Shown here piece by piece: positions 59,677 to 64,000 of a DNA stretch of 64,000 nucleotides. This DNA is from Rhodospirillales bacterium. Lineage in GTDB: Bacteria > Pseudomonadota > Alphaproteobacteria > Rhodospirillales > 2-12-FULL-67-15. Under the pieces are notes generated by a model that saw nothing but the letters and a program-made list of their open reading frames with translations, did no database searches and was not told where the DNA came from. Numbering within the stretch: position 1 is the first letter of the stretch; each line of letters begins with the position of its first letter. The position numbers and the translations under genes are program-made. Where the stretch lies: assembly GCA_009693905.1 (NCBI GenBank), contig SHWG01000001.1, positions 2,682-66,681 of the forward strand, given 5' to 3'.

Positions 59677-60725
59677 AACCGAAACTCCAAGCCGACCGTG
59701 TCGTCGCCGCCGGCAATGCGCGCGAGGACGCCCCCGAAGCGTCCTTGCGCCCGCAGACGCTTGAGGATTTCACCGGCCAGGCACAGGTCCGCGCCAATCT
59801 CAAGGTTTTCATCCAGGCGGCGCGGACGCGGGGCGAGGCGCTCGACCACGTTCTCTTCCACGGGCCGCCGGGGCTCGGCAAGACGACGTTGGCCCAAATC
59901 GTCGCCCGCGAGCTCGGCGTCGGTTTTCGCGCCACTTCCGGTCCGGTGCTGGCGCGTGCGGGCGATCTTGCCGCCATTCTCACCAATCTCCAGCCGCGCG
60001 ACGTGCTGTTCATCGACGAGATTCATCGCTTGAACCCGGTGGTCGAGGAAATCCTCTATCCGGCGCTGGAGGACTTCCAGCTCGACCTGATCATCGGCGA
60101 GGGCCCGGCGGCGCGCTCGATCCGGATCGACTTGACGCCGTTCACCCTGATCGGGGCGACGACGCGCTCAGGGCTGATCACCTCGCCCTTGCGCGAGCGG
60201 TTCGGGATTCCGATGCGGTTGGTGTTTTACACCCCCGACGAGTTGAGCCAGATCGTGCGCCGGGGCGCGGGCATTCTCGGATTCGACCTGACCCCCGACG
60301 GCGCCGCCGAGATCGCGCGTCGCGCCCGCGGCACGCCCCGGGTCGCCGGGCGGCTGTTGCGCCGGGTGCGGGATTTCGCCGCCGTCGCCGGGGCGGGCGC
60401 GGTGGACGCTCGTGCCGCCGACGCGGCGCTCGGCCGGCTCGAGGTGGACGGGCGCGGGCTCGACGCCATGGACCGGCGCTATCTCGCCTGCATCGCCGAG
60501 AACTACGGCGGCGGCCCGGTCGGAATCGAAACGCTGGCCGCCGCGCTCTCGGAAGAGCGCGACACTCTCGAAGAAGTGATCGAGCCCTATCTCATCCAAC
60601 AGGGCTTCGTCATGCGCACCCCGCGCGGGCGGGCGCTCGCCGCCGAAGGCTACCGGCACATGGGCCTGAAGCCGCCGGCCACGCTCGCGCAACTGGCGCT
60701 GCCGGGCGAGAGCGGCGATGACTAG
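59673..60725 (+). CDS. ruvB: Holliday junction DNA helicase RuvB
   Basis: [46 protein letters not shown]; ATGA overlap with ruvA. Confidence 0.97.
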   Translation: MKPKLQADRVVAAGNAREDAPEASLRPQTLEDFTGQAQVRANLKVFIQAARTRGEALDHVLFHGPPGLGKTTLAQIVARELGVGFRATSGPVLARAGDLAAILTNLQPRDVLFIDEIHRLNPVVEEILYPALEDFQLDLIIGEGPAARSIRIDLTPFTLIGATTRSGLITSPLRERFGIPMRLVFYTPDELSQIVRRGAGILGFDLTPDGAAEIARRARGTPRVAGRLLRRVRDFAAVAGAGAVDARAADAALGRLEVDGRGLDAMDRRYLACIAENYGGGPVGIETLAAALSEERDTLEEVIEPYLIQQGFVMRTPRGRALAAEGYRHMGLKPPATLAQLALPGESGDD

Positions 60726-60830
60726 GCCCGGGATGGATTCCCCTCCGGCCCTTGCCGGAACCGCGCAACGACCTATCTTTCCGCTGCGCGTTTATACGAT
60801 ATTAACGGCCCCGAACGGTAGGATCGAGCA

Positions 60831-61562
<732 letters not shown>

Positions 61563-61565
61563 GCG

Positions 61566-62057
<492 letters not shown>

Positions 62058-62066
62058 AGCAGGGTC

Positions 62067-62939
62067 ATGCGCCGAAATGTCGTTCTTTCGCTGTTCTTTC
62101 ACGCGACGGTCATCGTCGTCGCGGTCGTCGGGCTGCCGGATATCGGCAAGCGCGACTTGAATCTCGACCGCCCGATCGTGGTCGACATTCTCAACGTCGC
62201 GCCCGAGACCAACGCGCCGCCGCCGCCGCGCGCCGAGACGAAGCCGGAGCCGCCCAAGGCCGCGCCGCCGCCGCCACCGCCGCCCAAGGTTGCGCCGCCG
62301 CCGCCTCCGCCGCCGCCTCCGCCCAAGCCCACGGCCGAACCCGCGCCGGCGCCGGCGACCAAGCCCGAACCGGTCAAGGAGAAGCCGAAAGAGGAAGCCC
62401 GTCCGCCCGAACCCCGGCTTGCCAAGGTGCAACCGAAGCGCAAGCCGCCGCCGCCCGACGACATGGCTTCGGTCCTCAAGACGCTGGAGGAGAACAAGCA
62501 GCGCCCGGCCAAGACCGACAAAACCGCCAAGGATCGCAAACCGACACCGCCGCCGGAGGAGAAATTCGACCTCGCCGAAATTCAGAAGACGCTGACCCAA
62601 AAGCCGCGCATGCACGATCCCACCAAGGCGCTGTCGATCAGCGAGATCGACTTGGTGCGCCAGCAAATCGCGCAATGCTGGAACCTGCCCGCCGGGGCCA
62701 AGGACGCCCATCGCATGACCGTGGACATCCGGGTGGCGATGAACCTCGACGGCACGGTGCGCGAGGCCACCCTGCGCGAGCAAGCGCGGGTGCAGGCCGA
62801 CCCGTTCTACCGGGCGATGGCGGAAAGCGCGCTCAGGGCGGTGTTGAATCCGCGCTGCCAACCCTTCAAGCTGCCACCGGACCGCTATGACGTGTGGCAG
62901 ATCATGGAACTGAAGTTCGACCCGAGGGAAATCCTGTAA
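62067..62939 (+). CDS. tolA: Cell envelope integrity protein TolA
   Basis: N-terminal TM helix, Pro/Lys/Ala-rich spacer, TonB-C-like end. Position between tolR and tolB. Confidence 0.78.
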   Translation: MRRNVVLSLFFHATVIVVAVVGLPDIGKRDLNLDRPIVVDILNVAPETNAPPPPRAETKPEPPKAAPPPPPPPKVAPPPPPPPPPPKPTAEPAPAPATKPEPVKEKPKEEARPPEPRLAKVQPKRKPPPPDDMASVLKTLEENKQRPAKTDKTAKDRKPTPPPEEKFDLAEIQKTLTQKPRMHDPTKALSISEIDLVRQQIAQCWNLPAGAKDAHRMTVDIRVAMNLDGTVREATLREQARVQADPFYRAMAESALRAVLNPRCQPFKLPPDRYDVWQIMELKFDPREIL

Positions 62940-64000
62940 TGGAATGCTTGAGCCGCAAAGGACGGAACCGGCGCCAGGCGGCCCGGTTGATCGCGACCGG
63001 CGCCGCGCTCGGCGCGATCGGGGCGCTGAGTCCGGCCCGGGCCGAACTGCGCATCGACATCACCCGCGGCACGGTCGAGCCGATGCCGATCGCCGTTACC
63101 CCTTTTCTCGGCGGCAACCCCGCCGAGCAAAACCACGGCCGCAACGTCGCCCGGGTCATCTCCGCCAACCTGGAGCGCTCCGGCCTGTTTCGCCCGATCG
63201 ACCCCAAGGCCTTCATCCAATCCGCGGAATCGCTCGGCAACCTGCCGCGCTTCGGCGATTGGCGCGTGATCAACGCGCAAGCGCTGGTCCAAGGCCGGGT
63301 TCAGATCGTTCCCGACGGAAGGCTCAGGGCCGAGCTCCGGCTCTGGGACGTGTTCGCCGAACAACAGATGGTCGGGCTCGCCTATCACACGGTGCCGGAC
63401 AACTGGCGCCGCGTCGCGCACATCATTTCCGACGCCATCTACAAGCGCGTCACCGGCGAGGACGGCTACTTCGACACCCGCATCGTCTACGTCGCGGAAA
63501 GCGGACCGATGCGCAAGCAGATCGGGCGCGTCAAGCGGCTCGCGATCATGGATCAGGACGGCGAGAACCACCGCTTCCTCACCGACGGCAGCTCGCAGGT
63601 TCTGACGCCGCGCTTCTCGCCGACGCTGCAGGAAATCACCTATCTGTCCTATTACCAAAACGTGCCGCGGGTGTATCTGTTCAACATCGACACCGGACGC
63701 CAGGAGGTCGTCGGCGATTTTCCCGGCATGACGTTCGCTCCGCACTTCTCGCCCGACGGCAAGAAGGTGATCATGACCATGGCCCAAGACGGCAATTCGG
63801 AAATCTACACGATGGATCTCCGCACCCGGACCGTGACGCAGCTTACGTTCCACTCCGCCATCGACACCTCGGCCACCTATTCGCCCGACGGCGGCCAGAT
63901 CGTGTTCAACTCCGACCGGGGCGGCAGCCAGCAGCTTTATGCCATGGACGGCAACGGCCGCAATGTCCGCCGAATCAGCTTCGGCGCGGGCAAGTACGCG
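62940..64000 (+). CDS. tolB: Tol-Pal system beta-propeller protein TolB (3' end outside window)
   Basis: My translation from the ATG at 62940 (TAATG overlap with tolA) gives a signal peptide, [18 protein letters not shown], and repeats FSPDGKKV and [10 protein letters not shown]. No stop occurs before the window end, so it is absent from the ORF track. Confidence 0.93.

Noticed and set aside
60791-60806. Near-CtrA box TTTA-N7-TTAAC upstream of tolQ.
   Set aside because: It has one mismatch in the first half-site. Half-site TTAAC matches also occur at 23566, 28046 and 43278 without partners, so this is treated as background.

Overview
High-GC (roughly two-thirds G+C by eye) chromosomal segment with alphaproteobacterial hallmarks: GAAC-N7-GAAC SOS box upstream of recA, TTAA-N7-TTAAC CtrA-type boxes, a CckA-like kinase, DUF1013/DUF1192/DUF465 genes and a tolQRAB cluster. 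It is almost entirely core housekeeping. Recognised genes include recA, alaS, pyk, pntAA-AB-B, rpsU, def, purEK, prpE, rpmE, cyaY, suhB, efp-epmB/epmA, thiE, gap, zapA, ruvCAB and tolQRAB. There are no rRNA or tRNA genes, CRISPR arrays, transposases or integrases. The long ORFs antisense to these genes are high-GC artefacts. Six things are not ordinary. (1) An orphan three-gene stator-like operon at 45251-48727: a secreted OmpA-like protein, a MotA/ExbB-like channel with a cytoplasmic coiled-coil tail, and a MotB-like protein with a long coiled coil plus an OmpA domain. It has no flagellar, Tol/Ton or Zorya partner genes, and I rate it the best candidate for an uncharacterised system. (2) A perfect CtrA-type box followed by an orphan Rho-independent terminator at 40376-40488, suggesting a small RNA with a CCUCCC motif. 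(3) A 402-bp MITE-like element with perfect 23-bp terminal inverted repeats, wedged between two convergent genes and supplying both stop codons. (4) A ~90-bp dispersed repeat apparently sitting in frame inside a small membrane-protein gene. (5) A decayed locus at 56754-57440 with a nonsense-mutated, truncated PEP-mutase/isocitrate-lyase family gene, an orphan small ORF, a 26% GC island and a REP-like repeat. (6) A Cys-rich GDCCVxC protein next to a small HTH-like protein with a palindromic operator candidate. All protein calls rest on motif recognition in the supplied translations; no database search was possible.
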